Source: Blasia pusilla
Lineage: Eukaryota
DNA: 64,000 nucleotides
Direction: 5' to 3'
Assembly: GCA_050084515.1 (NCBI GenBank)
Contig: CM114271.1
Location: forward strand, 25,792,001 to 25,856,000
This document shows, piece after piece, positions 52,182 to 64,000 of the stretch (position 1 is the stretch's first letter; the number at the start of each line of letters is the position of its first letter). A model generated the notes under the pieces. That model was given only the letters and a program-made list of their open reading frames with translations. It had not been told where the DNA came from and ran no database searches. Both the position numbers and the translations under genes were made by a program.

Positions 52182-52209
<28 letters not shown>
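51978..52209 (+). mobile_element. 5S rRNA-derived SINE (SINE3-like): 5S head + ~74-nt LINE-derived tail + (CT)n
   Basis: Tail 52108-52181 GTCTCAAGCACC...GGTCGCAAGGCTACGATAGGCACTACTTAATGAGTACA matches the LINE 3' end at 54552-54625. Confidence 0.8.
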
Positions 52210-52212
<3 letters not shown>

Positions 52213-52291
52213 GATGGAAGTGCAATAATTGAGCAAGGCTAGGGACAAAAATGACGTAAAGGCCTTGCTCTCTCTCTCTCTCTCTCTCTCT

Positions 52292-54624
52292 TTGGATGGA
52301 AGTGCAGTAATTGAGCAAGGCTAGGGACAAAAATGACGTAGAGGAAAGATAGTGGAATGGTGACCACGGCTAAACAGATCCGACATGTGTTTGAAGACCA
52401 TTACAAGGAGTTAGACAGGAAGCCCGCTTGGACATCCCTTGAAGAGTAGAACTCCGAGAGGGTGGTGGAGGATTTTGTTAAGATACGACGAGAGAAGGTA
52501 GTAGATGAGGTTGAGTTGGGCAACCCATATAACGATTGATTCTCCCTGGTTGAGGTGGGAGCAGCGATCAAAGAACTTGTGAACCACAAAGCAGGTGGTG
52601 GCCATGAGCTTGTGAATGAGCTGTTGAAGTATGGCGATGCTGCTATGGCTCGTTATCTAGTGAGTCTCTTCAACCTGGTCTGGCAGGCAGAAGTCATCCC
52701 AAAAAGATGGCGTGTGGGAGTCATCGGGAACCTCTTCAAGAAGGGTGAGCGAGAAGGCTGTGGAAACTACAGGGGTATTACATTGCTGAGTGTAGTCGGG
52801 AAGCTCCTTTGGCGTATACTCAACAATAGGATGTCTGTGTACCTAGAGGAGAATTTTGCCGTCAAGGAAGGCAAGGCTGGCTTCCGGCAAGCCCGAGGAT
52901 GCGTGGATCACATCTTCACTTTTAGTCAGATTATCCAAGGTAGGAAAAAAGAGGGGAAACCCACCTATTGCTTCTTCTTGGACCTCAAGAAGGCATAAGA
53001 CACTGTATGGCGTGACGGGCTATCTTATAGCTTGTGGAAGGCGAGGCTGAGAGGGAAAATGTGGAGGGTGGTGGAGAAGATGTACCAGAACACAAGGAGT
53101 AGAGTTCTTGTGAATGGCCAAAAGAGTGGGATATTCGACATCAAGGAAGGAGTGGCTCAAGGATGCCCGCTCTCCCCCATTCTCTTCAACATTTTCGTGA
53201 ATTCCCTATTGGAAGAAATGGAGGATAGTGGACTAGGCATACGGGTGGGTATGTTTGTTGATGACTTTGGTGGCCTTGAGGAAACAGGAGAGAAACTCCA
53301 AGAGATGATCTCCCTGACCAAAATCTGGTGTGACATGTGGGGCATGGAGGCAAAGTGCGGTGTGATGATTTTCAATGGCAAGGAGGGGACCAAGACCAAC
53401 AGTGGTACTGGGGTGAACAAGAGATCCCCCGTATGGCTACATACACCTATCTCGGCATAGAATTCTCGGAAGATTGCATGTGGGATGCGCACATTAAGAA
53501 GACTACTGAGAAAGGCCACAAGAAGGTGAACGGTTTGTCCAGATTCCTACACTGCCGGGATATCACATGAGAAGTAAAGCGCTCTGTCATTTTGCATATC
53601 ATTCGTCCCTCGTTGGAATACGGGGCAGCAGTGTGGGATGCCAACACCAAACAAAGGGATAGGCTTGAAGCTGTGCAGTTGAAGGCGTTTCGGGATATGA
53701 TGTCAACCTCATCACACACAGCTCGAGTGGGTGTGAGATCAGAACTAGGTGTGGAACCCTTGGAGGATAGACGTGACATTGCCAAGTTGAAATGGCGGAT
53801 GCAGCTGGAGACAATGGACTCCCATCGCTATCCTAAAGAGGTGATAGGGAAAACCTGGACCCAAAGAAGACCCGTAAAGTAGGCCAAATCTTGGACGAAA
53901 GGTTCAAGAGATTGTGCAAGCTTCCAAGCTCCCAGCAGGGCCTGAACTGTAGGAGCAAGATGAGAAAGCATTCGTGGATACCATAACCAAAGCAGTGGGC
54001 AAACGCTCACAACAGAACAACATGGAGGAAGCCATGAAAATGTCTGACCTCTCTCTCTTGACGGTATATCTCGAGAAGGCAGAACTGAAGAACTATTTGC
54101 GGGAACCCCTTGCTTGGGAACCCGGCTCAAGTTCAAGTTCAGAACGGGAGAAATCCCCTTGAGCCATAAGAAAAGCAGGATGGGAACACAACTAAACTCT
54201 TGTGCCTTGTGTGACGATGGGGATGAAACCTCTAGTCATTACTTGGTCTCTCGCCAAAATTCACAACTCACAGAGCAAGAGCATATCCGATATTGCTAAG
54301 CCGGGTAGCACCAGAATTGTTCAACACATTGAGAGGGCTTGATTCATTGCCCAAAGCGATGCACTTTGGTAAGTAATGTCTATTGGGGATCCCAATCAGG
54401 TAAAGTAGATGGTGTGGTGAAGAGTTTCTTGGTTGACACTTGAAGCTCCGCACAAACACGTTGTTTGGTCAAGACTCACACTATATGAGAGTGTCCCCTC
54501 CTCTCATATATGGTACCTTCTTCACTTGCTTCTCTCTCTACACCCATCCCAGTCTCAAGCACCATCCAACCAGGGCGCGGGGTTTATGGTCGCAAGGCTA
54601 CGACAGGCACTACTTAATGAGTAT

Positions 54625-54696
<72 letters not shown>
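52292..54696 (+). mobile_element. 5'-truncated RTE-X-like LINE (RT, C-terminal Zn knuckle, 3' UTR, (CT)n tail)
   Basis: NLFKKG...NYRGITLLSVVGKL, AGFR, DHIF, FLDLKKA*DTVWR, GVAQGCPLSPILFNIF, MFVDD, YTYLGI, IRPSLEYGAAVW and CALCDDGDETSSH; clade call from motif style only. Confidence 0.85.
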
Positions 54697-54701
<5 letters not shown>

Positions 54702-54799
54702 GTCCAAAGTAGTGAATGTGAAGCATGATTTCCTTCATGCCTTTACTCGATATTGAATATTCATCCCCATATACCCTTGATCTTATCATTTGCATTGAA

Positions 54800-57700
54800 A
54801 GGGTTGGGAAAGGGTTTGGGTTCTTGATATCCCACTTGCATGGCAAAAAGATAAGTGTATGGCGCCCATCCTAGTCGGGACTCAAGAAGGGAGTCATGAT
54901 CGCGGATCTAAATAGGAAAAACCTGGGTATGATCCACCAAAGTTGGAATCTAGACTAACTAGTCACTAGATTAGGAAGGGCGACAAAACCAACCTCGGGA
55001 CTAACACTAGGCTAGATATGCATGTGTCTTGTGACTAGCTTTAGGTGATAAAAAAGGCATATCTACTCGCGGGGGAAAAGGCAAGGCAAACAAGGTTTGA
55101 GATCTTGGAGCCAGATGCCAAGCCCAAGAAGCAAAGAATACGTGACTAGTCAAGATGGGTGAGACACCACAAGACTAACTACAAAATGCAAAGCGCAACA
55201 AAATAACCATGAGAGGATAAATGGGGAGTCAAGATTTGCGCTGGCCATGAGACAAATGAGCTCCAAGATATATTTGGGGAGCCAAGAGTTGAATAAGCTG
55301 CAAGAAGTCTCTGCCAAACCATCTTGATACATAACTAGTCAAACGCCAATCCGCGAGTTGCAAACCACGTATGGGTTGAGGGCCAAAATCAAGGGTCCAA
55401 GGGAAACAATGGAGGAGGTGGGGTCCATGGAGAATCTCGGAAGCATCCATAGGGGGAACACTCTCCCTCTTAATTACCTTAAGTCCCTGAACCAAGAACT
55501 AACCGATGCGCATTTGGTCATGGTTCACGTTTGACCTAAGGAATTAACCGACGCACTCCAATTTAGACCAGCAACTTGGGGAGATTGGTCAAGGCTCGTG
55601 GAAGAGGCTTCTTTGGAAGATGATACTTACTTTGGGCGACTAAATTTGATTAGCGCTTGGTGACTTTTTGGCTACCTGCGGAGCACACAACCAATTGAGT
55701 CTTTGGGATTCAACTTAAGTCTTGAGCTTGCAAAGCTCAAGGTCAAGAGTGTTGCGAGGGGAAGTTAGGTGATATAGAGGTCAAACTATACGATGTGGTA
55801 TCAGAGCAAATTAAACCACCAAACTCGCCACCGAATAGACTATGATTAGTTAACAATTTTGGAAAAAATGATCGGTATAGCCAAAGACAGGAACAATCCC
55901 TGTAGGGATAGGAAAAAGGTTATGGATCTTGAATTGCCCTAGCTTGGGGAAGGTCCGAGGGATGTGGAGAATAAGCCTATTGGGCATCATCTCCCATAAG
56001 AATTTGAGGATATAGGTGAGCTCAATGAGTTATCCAATCACGATGAGGGTTAGGGGGACGAAACGCTGATCGGAGAAAAATCCCTGCCCAAGACTAATGG
56101 TGATTCGTTGGAGAAACTAGAGGTCAAGAGGTGCAACGCCTATATGGATGAACCTAAGGAATTATCATTGTTGAAGAGGAAGGTTAGCAAGGAGGCTAAG
56201 AGGAAGGTCACGAGAATTCAACTGTCCGCGAGTTTCAATGAGGTTCAATGTGCCATCTTCACGGCGTTGAAGGAATAACTGTAAACCCAAATAGACTATA
56301 TATGTGGTTGGGGAGACCATGAAGGTATGTAGCTCAACTTTAGTCTTGTCCCCAAGATATCAATTGGGAGACGTGAGGAAAGAGTTATCTATGTATAGGA
56401 ACAAGACAGATATCAAGCGCCTCAATCAAGGGGTGAGGAAGGTAGAGCTTATTTTTGGGACTTAACAGGTTCTTAGAGCCAAGTGGGGAGTCCAGGCCTC
56501 TTTGAAATTAGAGGCATATGCACTCACAAAATACCAATTTTTTTGTAAGAACTAGAATACCACACAGCTGGATTGGGGGAAGCTCACCTAAGAAATGAGG
56601 AATTGTTTGGCAACTTAGGATTAAGGGCTTAGGATTTAGGGTGGTATGTCCATGCCTAAATTTGGTTGCAGCAAAAGCACTTAGGAGGCTTGATCAAAGT
56701 TTCATTACTTAGTTCCAAGAGACGTTGGCGATGATTGAAAATATGTTAAATGTTGATCAAATCATCTATTCTTGTGGAGGAAATGTTGCCCAAGTTGAAA
56801 TGGAAATTGAGGGAGAAAAGAACTTCACCGGAAACCAAGTTTGGAAAGCTAGAGACGACCATTGACATGGCTACTCTACAGATAGCGGGCTATCTAAGTC
56901 TTGAGAAGCGAGACAAGAAGTCACGAATGCTGGGTCATTATTTGATGGGGGTGAATAAGAGGAAACCTGATGGGACAAGTCCGCACATGGGATGAGAACC
57001 CAAAAGGTTCAAACCTCAAACATCACCAAGTTCTAAGTAAGGGGCGATCTCAAGCAAACTTGAAGCTAGAGGGTGTTATGTGTTCTTGGTCATTGCAAGT
57101 GGAAGTGTCCTAAGGCAAAATGGGCCAAGGCGTGGAAGGCTAGATTGCCGCTACAACAAACAAGAGTTGTCATCAAACACTAGGCTTTTGACATCATAAG
57201 GGAAACTAATGCCTTGACATTTAGCGTGTTTGATTGGGAGCCTTCAAGAAACGAGTTGAGGGAAGGTGATGAGCCTTTGAAGGAGTCGCATCAAGATACT
57301 AGTTAGTGCTAATTTTTAGTTAAGGTACTGATTGTAGGAAAGTTTTGTGGTTGCTTTGATTGACATAGGCATGACCTACAACTTCTTAGATCCAAAGTTA
57401 GTAGAAAGGATAGGAGTGCTAGTAATTGACTTAGAGCAACCCCAAGTTATGATCGATGTTGATGGACACTTAGGAACCACTTCAACCTAGGTCCTAGGGG
57501 TTGAATATTAAGATAGTGATTCCAAGAGAGGAAGCCAAACTTCGCACTAGGGAAAATTTTCTAATATGTAACTTAGACGACATAGATTTGATGTATCACT
57601 TAGAGTTTTGCGTAAACATGTCATAGTGATTAGATCAACTGAAGGCATTTTAGAGGTTCCTCTTAGTGATGGAAATTCCATGAGGATTCTTGAGATTTAA

Positions 57701-59200
57701 AGTGCAAATTTATGTCCTCAAATTTTGAGGATTAATATATCAAGTAAAACACAATGCTCAATTGATTTCAGCGAAGCAACTTGAAAAGGATCTCAATGGT
57801 GGGTTCCAATATTGCGGAATCACATTGAAATTTGAGGCATCTGAAGTGGATGATGCATCACTAAAAGAGGAACTAAAAGTAAACCTTACGTCTAGAGTGT
57901 GGAAAATCTTGGAAGTGTTTGGGTATGTCTTAAGAAGGGAACTTTTGAAAGGAATACTGCCTAAGCAAAACATGGATCATAAGATTGAACTCAATTCTAG
58001 AATGGACCTCATCTTGAGGAACCCTTAGATGATGGATCCCCAAGAAAGGAAACTCTTGTATGAGCATATTAAGACATTGGAGGAAAGCGAGTTTATTCGC
58101 CCGAGTATATCAGCGTTAGGAGCCCCTTCCTTTTTGATCTCAAATAAGGATGGGTCTATGCGCTTTTACGTGGATTACAAAGCATTGAACAAAAAGACTA
58201 TCAAGAATAAGTATTTGGTGCCTTTGGTAGATAAGTTGCTTGATATGGTGGTGGGATCCAAGTATTTTACCAAATCCAAATTGGGGAAGGGAATGAACAT
58301 AACACCGCGATAAGGACAAGATCCGGATCCTGTGAGTTTCTAGCACTGCCCTTTGGACTAACCAACGTGCCAACTAAATTCATGACTCTCATAAATACTA
58401 CCTTTCAGGATTTCTTAGACATGGGACTACTTGTGTTCTTAAATGACAACCTCATATATTCGGTGATCTAGGAGGAACACAAGGTTCTCTACAAAGAAGT
58501 CTTTGGGCATTTGAGGAAGAACAAACTATTTGCAAAACCTTCTAAGTGTTGCTTCATGGTCCAAGAAATGGACTTCTTGGGACATGTGTTGAGAACGTAA
58601 GGCACACCACTCAATCATGACAAGCTTGAGGCTATCAAGTTGTGGCTAGCACCAAGGAATTTGAACAAAACACTTTCATTTTTTGGATTTTTAATCTTCT
58701 ATAGAAGATACATATAGGCATTTTCCAAGGTTGCTAGAGCGCACTATGACTTGACACGGAATGGTTTGATGAGTGTTAGGTGGCGTTTGAGCAACTAAAG
58801 TTTCTATCAAGCGACCCTTATGTACTCAATTTTCCGAAAATCAAGATCCCACTCAAATTTTGAACCGATATGTCTAACTTTACAATTGGCGGAGTGTTGA
58901 ACCAAATGGGTTGACCAATTTCTTATGAGTCGGCCAAATTAGATAACAACTGGTCCACTCATGAGAGGGAGATGTATGCGGTGATTCATTGCCTCAAGAA
59001 GTAGGAAGTATATTTGTTACAAAGTACGGACTTTAAGGTTTATACCAAAAGCATCACTTGCAAATATTTTGCAAGTCAAGAGAAGCTATCACTAAAACAA
59101 CTCCATTAGCAAGAATACCCAACAAGATTTGATATGGAAATCATGTATAAATCAAGTAAGTAGAATGAGGTATAAGCCAAGTAGGCAGAAGCAATACTCG
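54800..59200 (+). mobile_element. Highly degenerate Ty3/Gypsy element with tRNA-Met PBS; truncated after RNase H
   Basis: PBS TGGTATCAGAGC at 55796-55807; ALIDIG..NFL protease; KDGSMRFYVDYKALNKKTIKNKY, LPFGLTN and HEREMYAVIH; left boundary approximate. Confidence 0.8.
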
Positions 59201-59295
59201 AGAGGAACTTGGGTGGTGGAAACTAATTGGAGAAACTTGGAAAAGACCATTTATATTCCTAGCACGATGAAATTTCCCAAGGATGGCTAGATTGT

Positions 59296-59566
59296 CCTAA
59301 TGAGAGGTGGCGTCAGACATGCCATATGCCATTCTCTCGAACATCCATCACAAACTAACATAGTGGCTGTACTATGCGCAAAACCATACAACATACATGG
59401 CAAGTGAATAGGAACTAGCGCCAAGCTCAGATCAAAAGTAATGTCAGTGTTTGGAAGGTGATATTATGCACATGATCCTTCCAAACCATACCATCGCATC
59501 CCTCCAATAAAAGAATATCAGATGATAAAACATCATGTACTTTCAAGATAGTGCAAGACCAAACAT
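59296..59566 (-). mobile_element. Fragment (integrase C-terminus + PHD) of a second member of the DNMT/PHD Gypsy family
   Basis: Minus strand KVHDVLSSDILLLEGCDGMVWKDHVHN...TMLVCDGCSREWHMACLTPPL closely matches 25350-25610. Confidence 0.85.
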
Positions 59567-60782
59567 ACCAATATCTTATGCTCAAGAAGAACACAAAAGA
59601 TATTCGAAACATCTAAAAAAAGATGAGAGGAGAAATTGAAAGTCACCCACAAATGATTAAAATGAAGAGATGAAATCATATTGCTAATAATAGCAAAAGA
59701 TAAAGAAAAAGAAAAAAGAAAATACTCTTCCCCTTCCGCTTGGCTCTTATCCCATAAAATTAAAACGAATAATTGAAATAAATCCACTTTATTATAATAG
59801 TAGTGGATCCGATTACACATGGATATTTTATCGAAATTCGCCGTCCAAAGTATCGGCTACCGATATCCGGCCGTCCGCGTAGCCGCCCGGTATTTATAGT
59901 CACACGGCGCCGCGTATCGCGGGGTCGACATCGACGAAGCGAACCCAATATCGGGCACCCAAAGAAGCAGAGGCAGAGAGCAGAGTGCTGTCGTGCCCGA
60001 TTCTCACCCAATTAAGGAGGTCAATATAGGGCTTCGGAAGCAAGCCTGCTCTGGTAAGGTCCTCGAGTTCTGGGCTTGCGGAGGTCAACATATCGCATGG
60101 AGCCGCGGAGAATGTGGGCGTCTCCATAGCACAGCGGCATATCGGGCACTCGCGAAACTCCCCTCACCTTCTCTTCCCTCTCCCTCTCCCTCTCATCATC
60201 TTCTCTCGAGGCGCTGCAGAGGAGGCACTATCTGAGAAAGTTTCAGTGTCTTAGATCTATCGCCGCGTTGATGCTGCGCGACCTCCATCGCTGCGCTGAA
60301 TGACTCGATTGGACTCTGCGCCTTCCGTGCTGGCTGATCCCTGCGCGAAATTCTCTTCTGTGGATCACCGTTCCGATTTTTTCCTGTCGACGGGGGGAGG
60401 TTTTGTGGTTGCGGCGTAATCTCATGAGCGATAGATTCATCCGGTGGTCTTCGGGGTTGTCTTAGGGCAGGGAAGGGGAAGGGGAGGAGGAAGTGAGGGA
60501 GGGAGGAAGAGAGGCGCATCTGCCCAGCCCAGCCCGGACCAGCCCTGCCCTGCCTTGTGTTGCAACTGCGGGCGCAATTCGCGATTGTGTTGGAGGTAGG
60601 ACAGGTGGGATTTAGTGGGGTTTGAAGATTCTAGTTGGGAGGTGAGGGTAGTGGAGGATCGGTATTGGATTTTGTGGAAGAGAAAGAGGCGAATTCACTT
60701 GAGGCTGGAAGGAGAACGAGGAGGAAGTGGAGGTAGTACAGGCGTGGGCCGGAAAGGGGGATTGGAATTGGTGGAATAAACA

Positions 60783-63700
60783 ATGAGCACATCTACACCA
60801 TCACAGAAGGTTCATGTCAAGAATTCTGCCTCTCTTGAATGAAGTGTGGATTATGAACCGAGAGGAGAGGAAAGCTGCGTCTGTATTGCTCTTTTGTTTG
60901 GGGGCAGTTGGTATTTGGGAAGGTTGGATGATGGAAAGGGGTGGAGAGTCATTGCAAAGCCTTGTAGCGTGCTCCTAACAGTGGTGATTTTGTCTAGGGG
61001 TTTCCCCGTTGGTTGTGGATTTGTTTCATTTGTGGCGTCTCCGATATTATGTTACGTCAGAGTCTTGGAACTGATCCGATTACCGAACATGAGATTGAAT
61101 TTAAGGGAATTCGTTGGCAATTTCCCTTCCAACTGCTGGTATCTCGCTCGGCTCGGCGTAGTTTTTAGTCGTTGATCCTATCTAGTATCGATTAATCAGA
61201 TATGGATTTTTCTGACGTGTGCAGACTCTGAGTAGGATTGCTGCCAATCGCTTGCAAAAGGAGTTGTCCGAGTGGATTTCCAACCCTCCTACCGGGTTCA
61301 AGCATAAAGTCACAGATAATTTACAAAGGTACCCTAAAGGGCAACAGAGATTAGTAGTTCTCCTGCTGGTTTTGCTCATCGGTGACTACTTCTTGGCCGT
61401 CGCTCAGGCTCCTCGCCTTCCTCTTGACTGAGTTGAATCTCACAAGTCAAAGTGGTTTGCTACAGGTGGATAATAGAGGTTCATGGAGCACCTGGCACAC
61501 TCTACTCAAATGACCTGTACCATTTGCAAGTTGATTTCCCTGAGAATTACCCTATGGAGGCCCCCCAGGTTTGTGTTGTTTTATCTTGTGCTTCAAGATA
61601 CCTAGGAACACGGTTTGCTGCTTCTGCTACAAACTATTACAATGGCAATCTTTCCTAGAGATCAGCTCACAGTAAGGGGGCTTGGGGGAAAATTGCCTTC
61701 AGGTAAGGTGCTAATTCATCGTAGAAGTGGAAGCACGAGCTGGATCCTCTTCAAATTGTTGCAGAACTTTAGGTTTCCAGGTCCTCTTCTGATTGTGGAG
61801 TTCAGGGAGCTAGTTAAGATTCCATATCTATAATTCTGGTAAACGTGCTTGGATCATTACTGTCCGGATGTATTATCTTGTGCTTGTTGAGTGCCTTTGC
61901 GGCCTAACTTGCACTTTTCGGTATCTTTAGGTTATCTTCATCCAGACCCCGCCCTTGCACCCGCACATATACAGCAACGGCCACATATGTCTTGGTATTC
62001 TCAATTTGTTCCCTTGCCTCTCAAGTTCGAAGTTGATGCGAATGCCCAAGAGAGATTAATAGGATGTTATCTCATGAGGCAGCGTCCTAGGAAATTGGTT
62101 GAGTTCAACTTCAGATGGTACGTTGCAACTGAGAGTCATAAAATTTGCTCGGATTGGTTGGCATTGTCATGAGTCCACGGACTAGTTTTCCCAATATCAG
62201 GGATTAATTCAGGGGGAAAGGATTGAAGGAATTTTGATGATGATACAGGGAGTTAGTCTTGTAGAGCTCCTAATGTCTATGTTCACTTTTAAATGCAATC
62301 ATGGACAGTTAAGGTTGTTGGTGTTGGTTACTATGGATAATTAACTGGTAACTCTAGTTCAGAGAAAATTGAACAGTAGTCTTTTAATGGTCTTCTTTTG
62401 CAAAATCAGTATTATTGTTTCATGGAGTTGGAGGTCTCTTCTGTAGTTGTGCAAGCCAACTCTGTGTTATGGAAGTTAACTGCCATTCCTCATAATGATG
62501 ATGGTAGCATATGAAAGATGTGGGCTATTCTCATGACCGTATCAAAAGATGGGGTCTTAATTCATGGTTATGTTTTCATTGCCAGATATCTTGTATGACT
62601 CCTGGTCACCTGCAATGACAGTAAGCTCAATCTGCATCAGCATTCTTTCGATGTTGTCCAGTGCTACACAAAAGGTAATTTTGCCAAAGGTCACCCCTAA
62701 TGTCCCTGTGTCTATTTACTCCTCGAATGTTGAAGATTTTTGGTAAAGAGAGGAAGAGAGTTGTAAGGAGAAATGAATCATTTTCACTTTTAAACAAAAA
62801 GACGTCGTGGTCTAAATGTGTGAATTAGGCTTTCCATGCAGTGGTCTGACCTCTCCAATACAGTTGGTCAGTGTAGCTTATTGCAACCCACAGAAAACGT
62901 CTTAGGTGGCCTTGGAAGAGTAGATGACTAGGCAACTTCTTCTTGGTGCATTCTCTTGTCAGACCCACCCAAAGGATAACTAACACTGCATCCCTGGAGA
63001 GGCCCTGTGCAGAGTGTGCTGGAAATATAGATAGATAGTTCAGGAACAGTAGTATTGTGTCTGTACTTCGCGGAAAAATTTAATACATTCTTCTAGTAGT
63101 CCCAGGCTGTGTGCTAGGCTGGGCACATGCGAAAGGAGAAAAGGCAGTGCCTAAGGCACGTGTTGGAAAGCCAATTTGGAGGACTAGGACATAACCCAGT
63201 ACTGCATGACACATCCTTACGAGTAATTAAGACGCACAACAATGTATAGTCAGCACGATTGTTGGTTCCACTGATCAGGGTGGAACTACCTAACGATTAT
63301 ACAGATCTTTAAAGAGAGTAGATTTAATCGCTTGCCATGTGCATTAGAGAGAGTGGGTTTGGCCAGTGCAGTTCATGCATTTGGCTTTTCACTGCAGGGA
63401 AAAGGCAATGAATTACTTAGTTTTGATACCGACTCAACAGATACACAAAGTATAAATGGAAAAACCATAATCCAAACAGTGAGTGGAAAGGCTAGTGGCA
63501 TGAGATCTAGTCATGCATATTACTCGATTTCATACTAGTTTTATGATACAGTTGTTTTGAAACTTATATGCAAATACCGGGTGATTGAAGTGGGAGGATT
63601 TTTCCTACATTGAGTTGCCATGAAGTTTATGAGTTTTGCTTAAAGGAAGGAGTTGCAACCTGTGTCACCTAATTAAAGTTCTTTGTTACAGGCAAGACCT

Positions 63701-63787
63701 CCAGACAATGACCGCTATGTAAGGAATTGCCGCAATGGCAGATCACCGAAGGAAACACGATGGTGGTTTCATGATGACAAAGTGTGA
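60783..63787 (+). CDS. Ubiquitin-conjugating enzyme E2, UBE2W/plant UBC15-18 group. Exons 60783-60809, 61225-61328, 61466-61568, 61931-61994, 62586-62674, 63692-63787
   Basis: RIAANRLQKEL, VDFPENYPMEAPQV, HPHIYSNGHICLDILYDSWSPAMTV and RSPKETRWWFHDDKV*. Confidence 0.95.
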
Positions 63788-64000
63788 TACACGAGCTAGA
63801 CCATTTAAGTGCTGGTCCTGTGGAGGAAGGTGGTAGGCTTTTCTTAAGGGAAGAGTGTTTAGTTTCTGAAAGCTTCTTCGCTGAAGCATTAGCTGCTACA
63901 TAAGCAAGGTGCTCGTTGATTGATTTGCTGGGTGTTTTGAGGTTTTCCCAGGTCAAACATGATATACCAGGCTTTTACCCGTATGTTTCTGAGAGAAATC

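Overview
Intron-rich land-plant nuclear DNA, most likely a liverwort or other bryophyte (judged from the 5S rRNA-like sequence and the gene content). Host genes: the 3' part of cystathionine beta-lyase, TSR2, an ELIP/LHC-like gene, a condensation/CoA-acyltransferase-like gene, the Golgi SNARE GOS11, an RNI-like LRR gene and a UBE2W/UBC15-18-type E2. The standout is a 10.3-kb Ty3/Gypsy-type retroelement (16330-26603, 4-bp TSD AAGG) nested in a CRE-clade LINE. It carries a DNMT3-like C5-cytosine methyltransferase between protease and RT, and a PHD finger after the integrase. It lacks normal LTRs and instead has a split/permuted arrangement A1-internal-B1-(AC)-A2-B2, with a Tf1-like self-priming site after A1 and a purine tract before B1. 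This suggests integration from a 2-LTR circle cut at an internal TGACA-AC-TGTCA site. Other notable items: a 5S rRNA-headed SINE (SINE3-like) sharing its 3' tail with an adjacent RTE-X-like LINE in a (CT)n-targeted cluster, and six tandem copies of the 3' splice site in the ELIP intron, five of which lead to premature stops. All calls were made by eye, with no database searches.
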